A DNA stretch of 64,000 nt, the filler included, from Circinaria calcarea (lineage: Eukaryota): assembly GCA_051942165.1 (NCBI GenBank). It is 35 parts of 35 records of this genome, joined end to end, with 100 filler letters (N's around TTAATTAATTAA, not from the genome) between each part and the next. Parts side by side here need not be neighbours in the genome. Positions count along the whole stretch, not along the records: positions 1 to 1,748 come from JAVECS010004270.1; positions 1,849 to 3,595 come from JAVECS010004271.1; positions 3,696 to 5,439 come from JAVECS010004272.1; positions 5,540 to 7,282 come from JAVECS010004273.1; positions 7,383 to 9,125 come from JAVECS010004274.1; positions 9,226 to 10,967 come from JAVECS010004275.1; 29 more parts are not named here. The stretch is one strand, 5' to 3'. The stretch's first letter is position 1. The number at the start of each line of letters is the position of its first letter. Positions 1 to 10,967 of this stretch are shown here, piece after piece. Under the pieces are notes generated by a model that worked only from the letters and a program-made list of their open reading frames with translations, searched no databases and had not been told where the DNA came from. The translations under genes were made by a program, and so were the position numbers.

Positions 1-501
1 AGAAGGGGGGGGGTGGGTTTCAAATGCAGTCTGAGGCTGGTGATAGGATGAACTCATGTCTGTTTCTATGACGGAAATTAGTCTCTTTTCCCCTTTTAAC
101 CTATGTTGTAAGAAAACTGGAGGAATTCGATTTCGGTACCGCTCTTGTAAAACCAACTTTACGCTAATGTATCAGCAATTTGATTCGGGGGAAAAAAAAA
201 GTATTGTTCCACTATTCTGTTGTGGGAACATACCAATCAAAAAAGGGGATGCTACACGAAATTAAATCATTCTAAGCCAGGAGAAAAGCAAGAGGGGGTA
301 TATTTCGCCGAAACAGCCAGAGGAAAAGAGACACCCCGACTCCCTCTGCGATGCGCTATAATGCAACAGACCTTCCTTCCCCGAGCCAGCACATGTTATG
401 ATGCAAGTTACGGGAAGACGCCAGTAAATGCCCGCCAGAGCGCTGCAACCTTCAGGACATAGGAAAACCCTCTCTCTCAAAACCGTTCGCGCCCAATGTC
501 T

Positions 502-1748
502 TCAAGGTGCCGTTTCCGTCTCCGCCATCAACTGCTCGCCTTCCTCCAGGATATCGGTGATTTTGGCCAGATTTGCAATCATATTCTTGCCCTGCCCCAC
601 CAGAAGCAACTTCTCTGCGTTCGCCGGTAGACCAAGATAGGCCGGCGGCTCCCGTTCCGGTAGTTGATTCACCCATTCCATGAATCCTTTCATACCCGTA
701 CCTCCCGGTACCGTCAATACCCCATCTTCATCAGATGCGTTTGGATCGCCACCCTGATGACCTTGCACGAGGACGTGGTCGTCGTCGTAGGCTTCTGGTA
801 TTAGGAAGTTGTTGACCAAACGACGCAACTGCTCGAAATCGCTTTCGTCATCAATCTTCCCACCGTATGTCTCTGTGATCAGTGTTCGAATAAGATCCCA
901 TGGAATCTTGAGCGGAGCAATGTTGGATCTCCCCTGTGCCACGGCATCAATCCATGTATCAATGATAAACGCAGCACATTCGTACTGCATGGAGGTTAGT
1001 AGGTTCAAAAGCAAGGACAATAACAGCAAATCTTACATCACTATCGTTAAACTCCCAGAACCCTTTCCATCCCAGAGTCGGTGCATACCGTAGCCTCTCT
1101 TGAACGACAGCATGGAGAAATGACAATAACAGATATAGTCTTGCCTTTTCGACTGGCTGATCTGTCCGGCGTCCGGACAAGGACGACAAGGAATCTTTCA
1201 TGTTCGCTCTGACACCAGCCGGCTGTTCGTACATTAGTACTCTAGAAGCCCGTAGTAGATTTACCGGAATCTTCAAACTCGACTCCATGGAAAGAAAGAG
1301 CCGAAAGTCCGCATGAGGCTTCAATGCATTTAATCGCTTCTCCAGACTTTGCAGCCAAGAAGGCGCGAGGTGAACGTTTTTAACTAGTACCCAAGATCCA
1401 GTAGCGGCGGCGTTACTGATTGCTTTGTCTGCACTCGCAAGCCCTTCGGTGGACCCCATGGCTATACTGGAGCACTGAGCCTGTTGACGTTCTACGAGAA
1501 TGTCGACTTTGTAACTTGCGTCAAAGCCTGGACTGGAGCATAATGCGATCGGTGTAACGGGCAACACTTGTGCGACGACTTCCTTCAAATCGTCCTTTGC
1601 ATCCAATAGGCCTTTACCGAATGCTGCTGTCACGAACTTCTCAGCGGCAGGAACGAAACGGTCGATCCGGAAAAGTTTGACCAGGAGAAGTGACCGAAGG
1701 TGCTGATCAAGTTCAGTTGTTCCATCGTCCCAAACTCTAGGTATGCAA
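502..1748 (-). CDS. DYN1: Cytoplasmic dynein heavy chain, C-terminal part (AAA6 region), 5'-partial; intron 985..1036
   Basis: Motifs [53 protein letters not shown]. ORFs 959..1633 and 502..1029 join in frame across GTAAG...CAG (FNDSD|YECA). Confidence 0.93.
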
Positions 1749-1848
1749 NNNNNNNNNNNNNNNNNNNNNNNNNNNNNNNNNNNNNNNNNNNNTTAATTAA
1801 TTAANNNNNNNNNNNNNNNNNNNNNNNNNNNNNNNNNNNNNNNNNNNN
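1749..1848. other. Artificial contig-joining spacer (44 N + TTAATTAATTAA + 44 N); first of 34 such spacers, recurring every ~1.82-1.85 kb
   Basis: Identical 100-nt structure between every segment; the 12-mer gives stops in all six frames; segments are size-sorted (about 1748 down to 1718 nt). Confidence 0.99.
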
Positions 1849-2778
1849 GACCGTTTTCTTATTCAGTTCATGGCAGATCAGGAAGTGGGTCACGCGACTC
1901 TTCTCACCAATATGCTCGGAGCTCAAGCGCCAGTCCAATGTACCTACAACTATCCTTTCACCACTGTCCGAGAGTTTGTCGACTTCTGCCAGAAGCTCAC
2001 TCGCTTCGGTGAGTCTGGTGTCTACGGCTTTCTCAACCATCTCGACTCGCGTGAAGCTGGCCAGCTTCTCCTTCAATCCATTTCGACCGAAGCTCGCCAG
2101 CAAATGATCTTCCGCCAGTTTAATGGATTGTTCCCAATGCCAGTATGGTTCGAGACTGGTATCCCTCAGTCATGGGCATGGACCCTTTTAGCTCCTTACA
2201 TCTCGTCTTGTCCAGCGAACCAAACTCGCTTGGCTTGGCAAAACTTTCCGGCGTTGACCGTCCTGAATCAGCCCAACCCGGCTCGCATCAACGCTAACCG
2301 TACAACATTTGGGGAGACGGTTGGCACAACTGGCTCAGCACCTCTAAACGAGACAGTTGTACCCGCCGCTGATAGATGCTTAAACTCAGGAGTTGTCGGC
2401 GAAGATTGCAGTCCGGCGATTTCTCAGAACCGATCGATCCCTCTTTCGTTTGCTGGTCGCGAGGTATTCCTTCAATGGGAGGCACCTGGCAAGCCTGTTG
2501 GACCCAACAATTCATACATTACCGCCACCACAGCTGGTGCCCCGGCATATGTTGCTTGGGTGACTCAATTGAACTTGACCTACTCTACTTTGACCCTCAC
2601 TGGGAATAACACAGGAAGCACGTTTCAACCAAACACCTCCACCTATGCTGGTGACCCAGCGATCAATGGGACCATGTTCATTGCTATCACCGACGCTAAT
2701 ATCACCCTTACGCCATTTAACCTGTCGATGATCAATCCTCATGTTGTTGCGGGACCCGCCCTCTACCAAGCTGGTTAA
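1849..2778 (+). CDS. Ferritin-like (Rds1-type) stress protein, 5'-partial
   Basis: DQEVGHATLL, CTYNYPF, RFGESGVYGFL and STEARQQ motifs typical of fungal Rds1/Ferritin_2 proteins; ends GPALYQAG-stop. Confidence 0.8.
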   Translation, partial: DRFLIQFMADQEVGHATLLTNMLGAQAPVQCTYNYPFTTVREFVDFCQKLTRFGESGVYGFLNHLDSREAGQLLLQSISTEARQQMIFRQFNGLFPMPVWFETGIPQSWAWTLLAPYISSCPANQTRLAWQNFPALTVLNQPNPARINANRTTFGETVGTTGSAPLNETVVPAADRCLNSGVVGEDCSPAISQNRSIPLSFAGREVFLQWEAPGKPVGPNNSYITATTAGAPAYVAWVTQLNLTYSTLTLTGNNTGSTFQPNTSTYAGDPAINGTMFIAITDANITLTPFNLSMINPHVVAGPALYQAG

Positions 2779-3221
2779 CTTATGGTGATGGCTTAGATAT
2801 GGTTAAAGTGGATGGATAATGACGGAAAAGCGGCATGTTCATAATTATTTAGCATTGTCGCGTGGTCGGGCTCATATATAAAAGTGGAGTAGTTAGGAAA
2901 TAAAAGAAAAGTTTGAATAACTATATGCTCAAAGACCAGTTTTGCTCTATTGTCACTGGTGTTTTGAAATTAATCAATTATACCTATGATTCCCTCTAGA
3001 GCATATGCTGTCCTTTTCACATGTCTTGTGATAGTGTTGTGTATATGGAAGACGTCATTGCATGCAGACAATCCATCCATCCAATCGCATACATAATAGT
3101 CTATTACCTTTTCCAATAACTAAAGAATCTCAGCTGCCCCATTACAACACAGCTGATCAATAAACCATCATTTCTCTCAAACCAACAACATACCGTCGAC
3201 AATCTAAAAAGTCCACTCAAC

Positions 3222-3595
3222 ATGTCTTCCTCCGACTCCACCCCTACCGATACCACCACCCAATCCTCCGCATCCATGCTCCACGGCGTAACTCCCCCCT
3301 TCCAGCTTCCCCACCCCCCATTCTTCAAGAAGTGACAAACCCCACTGACATTGAATCCGCTCCGTTCTTCCTTTAGCACGTCGCCTACGTCAAAGGCGCC
3401 GTCGAAGAAACCATCGGCTCCCTCACCTCGTCCGACGCCTGGAAGACCAGCGGCCAGCAGGACAAGTCGGCCGCCGTGGAGGAGATGCGCGGCGCCAAGG
3501 CTGAGGCCGGAGGCGAACAGGTGCGCGATCCGACCGTGGGGAAGATTGAAAAGGGCCTGGGGAGTGTGGTGGGGTGTGAGGGTATGGTGGAGGAG
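3222..3595 (+). CDS. Small CsbD/UPF0337-like fungal stress protein, 3'-partial; intron 3288..3376 (missed by the ORF track)
   Basis: Spliced translation MSSSDSTPTDTTTQSSASMLHG|HVAYVKGAVEETIGSLTSSDAWKTSGQQDKSAAVEEMR...GSVVGCEGMVEE; GT donor, CTGAC branch, TAG acceptor in phase 0. Confidence 0.65.
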
Positions 3596-3695
3596 NNNNN
3601 NNNNNNNNNNNNNNNNNNNNNNNNNNNNNNNNNNNNNNNTTAATTAATTAANNNNNNNNNNNNNNNNNNNNNNNNNNNNNNNNNNNNNNNNNNNN

Positions 3696-4155
3696 GTATG
3701 TATCCTGCTAGCGTCGCCTCTCGTCCCTGTATACTGCTCCGCTTCCGATCCAATACCTCTTCGATTCTGTCCGCAAGTTCGGCCTTCCACACGTCTGGAG
3801 AGGTCTCGGTGTCCTCACCAGCGAGGATCTCGTCTATGGAATTGGCACTACGGAGTAGGCTTGACATTAGCACGCCAGTATTGGTTGTGGAACGAGATTC
3901 ATGGGAATCGCAAGAGTCTCTAGCTGGTCCTCTGCACTCGGTCGATGGATAAAGGGCAGCATACCTGAATGAAGTCTCGTCGCTGAGATTTCCTCCCTCT
4001 TCTTCATCTGATCCAGAGCGACTGACATTTCGACTTGCCGCACGAGAGTTGGCGACAGAGACAGCCCTTGAGCTCGCCTTGGAAGACTGTTTGGACTGCG
4101 CTTTGCGAGAGACGGTCTTGCCGCTCTCCAGAGCTTGCCTCCGTAAGTCATGCAT
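3696..4155 (-). CDS. IFRD (interferon-related developmental regulator) domain protein, N-terminus, 3'-partial; intron 3848..3964
   Basis: Start MHDLRRQALESGKTVSRKA and W..ELADRIEEVLDRKRSSIQGRE resemble fungal IFRD proteins; GTATG...TAG intron joins FS-ANSIDE. Confidence 0.7.
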
Positions 4156-5031
4156 ATTGCAAAGTCTCAGAAAACTTTTTACTATGTGGTGGTGTACCAG
4201 TCGAGAGATGCTGGCAAGATGTGTTGGGGTTACTGTACAGGTAACGAATAGTTGTAGGTCAGCAAAGAAGTTGAGTGTAGTATCCGCAGTTCCATAGAGT
4301 GAATGTTGGACTGAGTCATCCACCAATATCCGGTTGAACAATATGGTAAGGTTATGAGGGGCGGGCCACAATAGCTCGAAATGACCTGAATCCGGTAAGT
4401 GAGGGTTTCTTTTTGGAGTGAATGATCCGATGATGTGTCGTGTGTGTGCGCCGCGGCTTCGCTTTGAGCTACCCTTTGGGCAATTAGGCAGCATCACATG
4501 CTCCACCGAGAACTTTCGGTGGCTGGTGGATCGGGGGAATACGGAATAATCCATTTGGAACACTAGCGCGGCTGCAGATATGGCCCAAGCTTGAAGGATC
4601 CCAGCCTCCTCGAATTCCTCGGCCACTAGAAATGCAGGGGCAGCACCATTCCAGCCAACGGTCCACCCGTAGCTGAATCGACTATGTTTCATATAGATAG
4701 CGAGGATATCGCGCAGGAGGAGTCAACAGTACAGAGGCAGTCCATCCACCGGAGGTCGCATTGCAACGTTACACAGGTACCTACTGTAGTAGCAACCCCT
4801 TCAGCAGATGGACTCGAGTTCGACTCAGTGAGTAGTTTACTGAAGAACAATCTGTTTAGCCCTGGCTAGGAATTTCCTGGTCTCAACGACTCTGCGTTCG
4901 AATCCTGAAGCGTCACCGTCACTCGACATATCAACCAAACTATCTCCAGCACTATCATACACCAAGGCATCACCAAGCCTATAATCTCTATTCACCTTGC
5001 CATCGTACCAGCCCCGAACCCTTCTTTTGTC

Positions 5032-5439
5032 TTAAAGTTCAAAGATAGTCGTGACCCCTTTCCACTCTCCTTTGACCCTCTCCTCCCAATACCCATCCTT
5101 CCCGCTCCTCAGCTTCCACACCTCTTCTCCCACTACGCCATCGACGCCTTCCACCTTGGCAAACCACATCGGAGTCCAGTCTTCTCCTCGTTCCTGCATG
5201 GCTTTCCGCCTCTCACGCTGCCTTTCTTCCAGCCGCACTTTAAGGACTTCCGCTTTCTCGAAATCTCCGTCCTCTGCAGCGCGTTGGTCCGGCCTTAGCC
5301 TGCTGTCCGTTGGTGGAATTTGACTGTTCTCGTGCGGGGTGATTTCGTTCAAGGAGGACGCAAAGTTTGTGAATCCGTACCGTTTGGAAGCGTCCGGGAC
5401 TAGCTCATTAACGGCCCAGAGTGGCTGGGGCCGTGAGAC
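5032..5439 (-). CDS. Oxysterol-binding protein (OSH family), C-terminus, 5'-partial
   Basis: YGFTNFASSLNEI, PPTDSRLRPDQRA.E.GD...AE..K.RLEERQR and YWEER are hallmark OSBP C-terminal motifs. Confidence 0.9.
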   Translation of the reverse strand, partial: VSRPQPLWAVNELVPDASKRYGFTNFASSLNEITPHENSQIPPTDSRLRPDQRAAEDGDFEKAEVLKVRLEERQRERRKAMQERGEDWTPMWFAKVEGVDGVVGEEVWKLRSGKDGYWEERVKGEWKGVTTIFEL

Positions 5440-6864
5440 NNNNNNNNNNNNNNNNNNNNNNNNNNNNNNNNNNNNNNNNNNNNTTAATTAATTAANNNNN
5501 NNNNNNNNNNNNNNNNNNNNNNNNNNNNNNNNNNNNNNNCCTTTGATTAGATGGTTGGGTAATTGGAGGGGGGAAAGGAGGGGATGATGAAAGTACGATA
5601 AGTGTCTGAGCCTGAATTCTTTTGGGTTTTCTGGGTTTTTCTGGGGTTTTTGGGATTTTGGGGCCGTAGGGGAAAGGAGAAAAAGGGGAAAATGTGGAAA
5701 ATTACGTCTTTCTTTTCCCGTTTTGTTAATTTATTGGTTAGTTGATTTCCCCCTTCCCCCTTCCCCCCCTTTTCTCTCTCTCCCAATTTTCCCTTCCCTT
5801 ACACAAGCCTAGAGAGAAAGAGACAAAAAAGAAAGATTTATATGTTTTCGTTTCCCTCAGGGAGGTCAGTCCACCATACCATACCATACCATACCATACC
5901 ATACCATGCCGTAAAAGTAAATATACATTAAAGAATAGATAAATAGATACATAGATAGATAGGTAGAGAAAGGGGGACGGACATCCTTAATAGCCCTCTC
6001 TCTCTCTCTCTGCACTTGCTTCTTACCCTTACCCTTACCCCTCGCCTTTACCGAACTGGTTGAAAAAACAACCAAGGGTTAGAAACGAAGAGCCGAATAA
6101 AGGTACATACGTGCTGAGATAGGAAAGGGGGATTAGTAGAAGTGAAAATTATCCGGAAAAGAAGGAGGGGGGAGGGAGCGCGCTGGGGGAAGGGAAAGGA
6201 AAGGAAAGGAAGGGAAAGGAAGGAAGAACCCCGCAATACTTCTCCACGTCTCCTTCTCCTTCTCCTTCTCCTCCTCCTCCTGATCCCAGACACCGGAATA
6301 CTCAAATCGGGCACTTTACCATCCATTCCATTCCATCTACAAATTTTTGGGTTACTCCGTATCCGTAAAAAAAAAAAAATTTTTTTAAAAAAATACGTGC
6401 TAGATGGTGGGAATTGGGGGGAATATTCGTAATTTTTGCCAATTTGCCAAAAAAATTCCCGAAGAATAATTTTCAAAAAAGTCTTTTGATAAGTTTTCGG
6501 GAGTCTCGGGTTCCTTTCCTTTCTATAATCTAACCCCTTCCCGATCTCCATATCCCCCAAAGCCTCCCATGTAATTCGGAGCCAAGGATGGACCTTTTTT
6601 TTTTTAAAAAAAAGAAAGACCAAAGGTACATTCGGTGCGAAACGGAAACCCCTCTCCGGATATGTACAGTATGCATAACTCCTCAACGAAAGAGTTTGAA
6701 AAATATCATGCACCGATGGTGTGACATTCCCTTTTTTTTTTTTTGCCAAACAGGCGGGAATACAAATGTAATGGCAACGGGACGTTAATGCCACCCAGGC
6801 GACCAGCCATGTAAATAATCACACAATCTTTTGAAAAGAACAAGTAGAATAATCCCCCCGCCCA

Positions 6865-7282
6865 TCAATGCAGTCCACTCTCCCCCGTTTCAGCCATATA
6901 CTTTTGGCATTGGACCAAGATCTCCACCTGCCGGCTCAGCTCCCCCAGCCGACCCAGAACCTCCTTGTTCCCATCCACGAACCCCAAAATCTTATACTCG
7001 ATGCCCGTCTCCGCGCAAAACTCTCTCACCAGCACCTGCAGCCTCCGGAGATTATGCCTTGGCACGCGCGGAAACAAGTGATGCACGGCTTGGAACTGCA
7101 GGCCGCCGTGGATGAAATCCAGCCAGGCGGGGCAGGCAACATCCATGGTGGTACGAAGTTGGCGTTGGGGAAAAGATTCGAGGGCGCCGAGGTCGGCGGT
7201 AGGCATGCCCCAGTGGGAGAGGGTGATTTGCACGTGCAGGGGCATGGTAATGATGTGGGAGACTAGGACGAAGAGAACGCGC
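6865..7282 (-). CDS. SLD1: Delta-8 sphingolipid desaturase (front-end desaturase), C-terminus, 5'-partial
   Basis: HVQITLSH, QLRTTMDV and third His box GGLQFQAVHHLFPRVPRHNLR. Confidence 0.88.
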
Positions 7283-7850
7283 NNNNNNNNNNNNNNNNNN
7301 NNNNNNNNNNNNNNNNNNNNNNNNNNTTAATTAATTAANNNNNNNNNNNNNNNNNNNNNNNNNNNNNNNNNNNNNNNNNNNNTGTAAGGATCCTTTACGA
7401 ATAGTATAATGATCTTACGATAAGGGTCGGTGAATTGTGTGATAATGAGCTCAATTGGTTCGCATCAGCGTATGAATTATTGCTAAAGAGTTCTCGTGTA
7501 ACGCTTCACGAGGAAAACCTTTCTCGCTAAGTCAAGACCTCGTGACCTCGGTGTATAGTTCCCCCGTAGGGTTCGTAGGGGTTCTCGGGTAGAGCCCTTA
7601 CAGTAGAAGAGCTTGTCCTTGTCACCGTAGTGTTCTTCAATCCAATCCTTCATTAAATCCCATACAACTTCAGCACGCAGGCACGCAGGTAAGTAATATA
7701 TAAACCTAGTAAAATAACCAAAGGACTTAGTGGGCTTTAGCGCGGAGTTAATAACTATTACTTCTGCAATCAAAGTATACTCAGTGGATCCGCGTGCTAG
7801 CCAGAGAGGTTGTGTGGCGTGTCAGGGCAAAACTTATGCAAAAGTAAATT

Positions 7851-7969
7851 ACATACAACAGCTGGTATTCGCTGGTGGTCACCCACCCAACTACTAATCA
7901 GCCGATCTCAAGCTTATGTATGGCAGAGCGGACGGGATGCCCAGTATTCTTGAGTCTGTGGTCGTATGT
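7851..7969 (-). rRNA. Dispersed 5S rRNA gene (119 nt)
   Basis: Minus strand reads ACATACGACCAC...CCCGTCCGCTC...TTAGTAGTTGGGTGGGTGACCACCAGCGAA...TGTTGTATGT, the ascomycete 5S pattern. Ends pair (helix I); TATA-like AATATAAAT about 25-30 nt upstream; T4 run just downstream. Confidence 0.95.
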
Positions 7970-8430
7970 GAGTAATGATTATCCTATTAAAATTTATATT
8001 CTGTATTGCCGAGCCAGCCAAAAACAAGCGAATGTTATGATTGGAGCGCTTGGAGAAGGTAGCGGGGAAACAGCGCTACCATAGATGGGCGCTCCATATC
8101 TCAGGGATTCCCCGAGCACTCTCCTCCACACGTTATATACGGTTTTCACTTCTTCTTCTTCGGCTGCTGCTTATTTACTCTCTACATGCATAATATCATA
8201 TAGTATCACAGTAGTCTTTATCATACATTCCGGTATAGACCGTCGACCCTACCGAAGACAGTAGCGCCCACCTTGTAATGCTCCTCCTTTCTTGTAATAT
8301 ATCTCCTTTTCTGAAGCTATATAAGCTAGTCTCGCAAACCACTGTTGAAATTAGGCGAGTTCAGGGGTCTAGAATGGAAATACGACACATGTGGCGGAAA
8401 TAGTGGAAGGTTCGAGTTTTTTTATTATGC

Positions 8431-8877
8431 GGCTCCACAGGGGGCGGCATGGATGATGTCTCGCACTATGGCCCGGCGAAATTTGGTGAGGGAAATTGCT
8501 TAATTTCTACTTACCTATAGCGCGAGACTTAATACGAACTTCTTCGTCCTATGAAAATTGAGATTATATATATCAATTAACCATCATAGTAATGGTAAAA
8601 GCTTAATCACCTGAAATAATCGCCTTCTAACGCCTCCAAGATATCCTGCGATACATGCAGATATTACCTCCATTATATAACGGCCTCATTCTTCTACGAA
8701 GGAGTTTGTACTAAGTTTGTGACTATGGGCCACCAAAATTTGGTGTAATTTAGACGAGCTTGACACCGCAAATTTCGGTGGCCAATAGTCACAAACTTAA
8801 TACGAACTCCTTCGTATAATCACCTATTTCACCCCGAACCTCAGAACCTTCATCACCCGTGCCGCCCCCTGTGGCGC
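8431..8877. mobile_element. Putative non-autonomous TIR element (24-bp inverted repeats 8435..8458 / 8851..8874) enclosing two hairpin elements
   Basis: CCACAGGGGGCGGCATGGATGATG matches the reverse complement of CATCACCCGTGCCGCCCCCTGTGG with 2 mismatches; TATGC flanks both ends. Confidence 0.5.
8695..8816. mobile_element. MITE-like hairpin: 48-bp inverted arms (8695..8742 / 8769..8816) beginning and ending in TA
   Basis: Arms match at 44/48 positions; TA at both termini as for Tc1/mariner-type TSD; a degenerate second copy lies at about 8458..8547. Confidence 0.6.
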
Positions 8878-9019
8878 TATGCATAGAGGCTTTTACCCAT
8901 AGTGCTTTTCTGCAGTTCGCGTATTCTTGACATATATATATCCATGCCTGTTCCACACTATATTTTCAACAACCACGAGCTTCTACTTACGATCTTCGAC
9001 TCAATCTACGTTCCTCAAA

Positions 9020-9125
9020 ATGAAGGCCACATTCATCTTCGCCCTTTTTGCTCTCCCTTTTGCGTTCGCCAAAGAAGGCGATTCCTGTACCTACAACGGT
9101 CTTAAAGGCACTTGCAGGAATGTAA
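9020..9125 (+). CDS. Secreted cysteine-containing protein, N-terminus only
   Basis: MKATFIFALFALPFAFA is a classic signal peptide, followed by KEGDSCTYNGLKGTC; AAAATG context and a TATATA about 85 nt upstream. Confidence 0.65.
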
Positions 9126-9549
9126 NNNNNNNNNNNNNNNNNNNNNNNNNNNNNNNNNNNNNNNNNNNNTTAATTAATTAANNNNNNNNNNNNNNNNNNN
9201 NNNNNNNNNNNNNNNNNNNNNNNNNGATTTGGGGGGGGGGGATAGGAACGAGGATGCAAAGGCGCGCCCGATGGTGTGAGGTCTATTGGTTAAAGTGACG
9301 GGTTTTTGAAAGGGGGATAGGGGAGTGAGAGTATAAATGCTTAAACAGAAATTGGATACACTAGAATAATTAAACTTCGTGCAGACTAAAAATTAAATTA
9401 TATAATACCCACTAGTAATCAGATTCCAAGCCGAAGTCTTGCTAAAGCCTACAAAGCGCCAGTCCAGTCTAAATCGCTGTCCGTAGCCACCTACTCTCTA
9501 TAATCGCTCGAGATCCCCTTCGCCGTACCCGCTATATCAAAACGTGCTC

Positions 9550-10351
9550 TTACAGTACAAGGGTCCCAAGTATGAACAAGACGGAAATGCTACATCCCAG
9601 CTCCAGAAACTGCGACCTCGCATTTCCTCTCGTTACCGAGCTCGAGCCAGAGGCCAAAGCCCCGGTTTTGCGTTGGTACACCGTAAGCCTATATCATTCC
9701 CGGGTCAGCTTCATATCCAATCCCGACCACTTCATCTCTCCGTGACTTCCGTCCTCTTCCCTTCAAGGAGATATCCAACATACTTCAACGATCCCCCACA
9801 AATCTCACTCTCATCGCCCATACACGGCAGCGAGCAATTCGCATCCGGTAACTTCGCCGCGTTCGAATTCAGATTTGTCGCGCACCAGCACTCTCGCGAG
9901 TACTGGAGGCCTGCGTAGTTGGCAGCACCGCAGAACGAGAGGCAGGAGTTGACAGTCATGCTGTCGGATGCGGTCTATAAGCGTAAGGGGGTCGATCGGT
10001 TAGCGGGGATTTCAGATGGTTTAAAGGGGTAGATGGAGTTGTAGATTAGATTCGAGATCTGGGTTGGACGCGGTTGTGATGATGATGATGATGATGGGGT
10101 TGGGAAGGACGAACATTATTATCCGGTAGCGCGCGAACGTTGCCAGCGGCGTCGACACTGGTACTCTCATTGTAACAGCCGAGATAGGTATAGACGGCGG
10201 TGCTGGGAACGATAGTTGGGCTAACCGTGGAGGAGGCGGGCGTCGCCCTTGTGGATGTCTGGGCAAGAGAAGGACATATTATGAACGTTAGATAAAAGAA
10301 TATACTAAGGAATGAACTGGGCGAATCCCGTGGATGCCTTGACGGCGACAT
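9550..10351 (-). CDS. Secreted/GPI-type WSC domain protein, complete; introns 9975..10114 and 9689..9783
   Basis: Signal peptide; YLGCYNE...RAL; MTVNSCLSFC..YAGLQYSRECWC...CSLPC.GD.SEICGGSLKLTVY; hydrophobic C-terminus; both introns GT-AG and in phase. Confidence 0.9.
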
Positions 10352-10789
10352 TGAGTTGGGCTGGTATACAGTAAGCGATGGTTACGGTTGACGTTCGAAA
10401 TATCTGGCAACGTGGTATACAAGGTTTAGCTTTCGAACTTTCCGAGATCGACTCAATCGGGGTACGGGACGGGACCTAGTCTAGATTCATTATTAGCGTG
10501 TTTACTGCCGGTGCCCTGAAACGAAGAATGAGTGGAAGGGTTTAACTTCGGCGCAAGATTTTCCGAACCGAACCAAAATTTTGCGCTGTTCTCACTCTGG
10601 CCGCAAGAATTACATTATTAGGTTTAGCTTATCGCTCGATCGGGCCTAGTTTTCCGCTCAATCGAGTCTAGATTTTCGCTCAAACAGGCCTATTTTTTCG
10701 CTCGAATAGGAAAAAATTTTTACTACATTCAGCATAACGTATTGGCTTTTATGCTGAGCTTATGCTATTTTATGCTTCTTGTTATACTA

Positions 10790-10967
10790 TACTATGCTGC
10801 GTGCTATGCTATGCTGCGTGCTATGCTATACTGCGTACTATGCTATGCTGCGTGCTATGCTATGCTGCGTGCTATGCTATGCTGCGTGCTATGCTATGCT
10901 GCGTGCTATGCTATGCTGCGTGCTATGCTATGCTGCGTGCTATGCTATGCTGCGTGCTATGCTATGC
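10790..10967. repeat. 17-bp minisatellite (TATGCTATGCTGCGTGC)n, about 10 copies, running into the contig end
   Basis: Directly visible tandem array; preceded at about 10632..10710 by ~23-bp TTTTCGCTC-containing repeats. Confidence 0.95.

Noticed and set aside
502..620. Dynein heavy chain ending soon after AAA6
   Set aside because: A short C-terminus is normal for ascomycete dyneins, not a truncation
4156..4692. Upstream extension of the 350-aa ORF 3640..4692
   Set aside because: The family-typical start is MHDLRRQ at 4155; the upstream portion looks like open 5' UTR/promoter
6048..6794. 248-aa ORF with poly-Arg
   Set aside because: Derived from CTC/CTT and homopolymer SSR-rich intergenic DNA; no coding signal
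7383..7773. 96-aa ORF in TA-enriched DNA downstream of the 5S gene, with contig starting TGTAAGG
   Set aside because: Could be a RIP-degraded element or LTR end but there is no second copy or motif to support it
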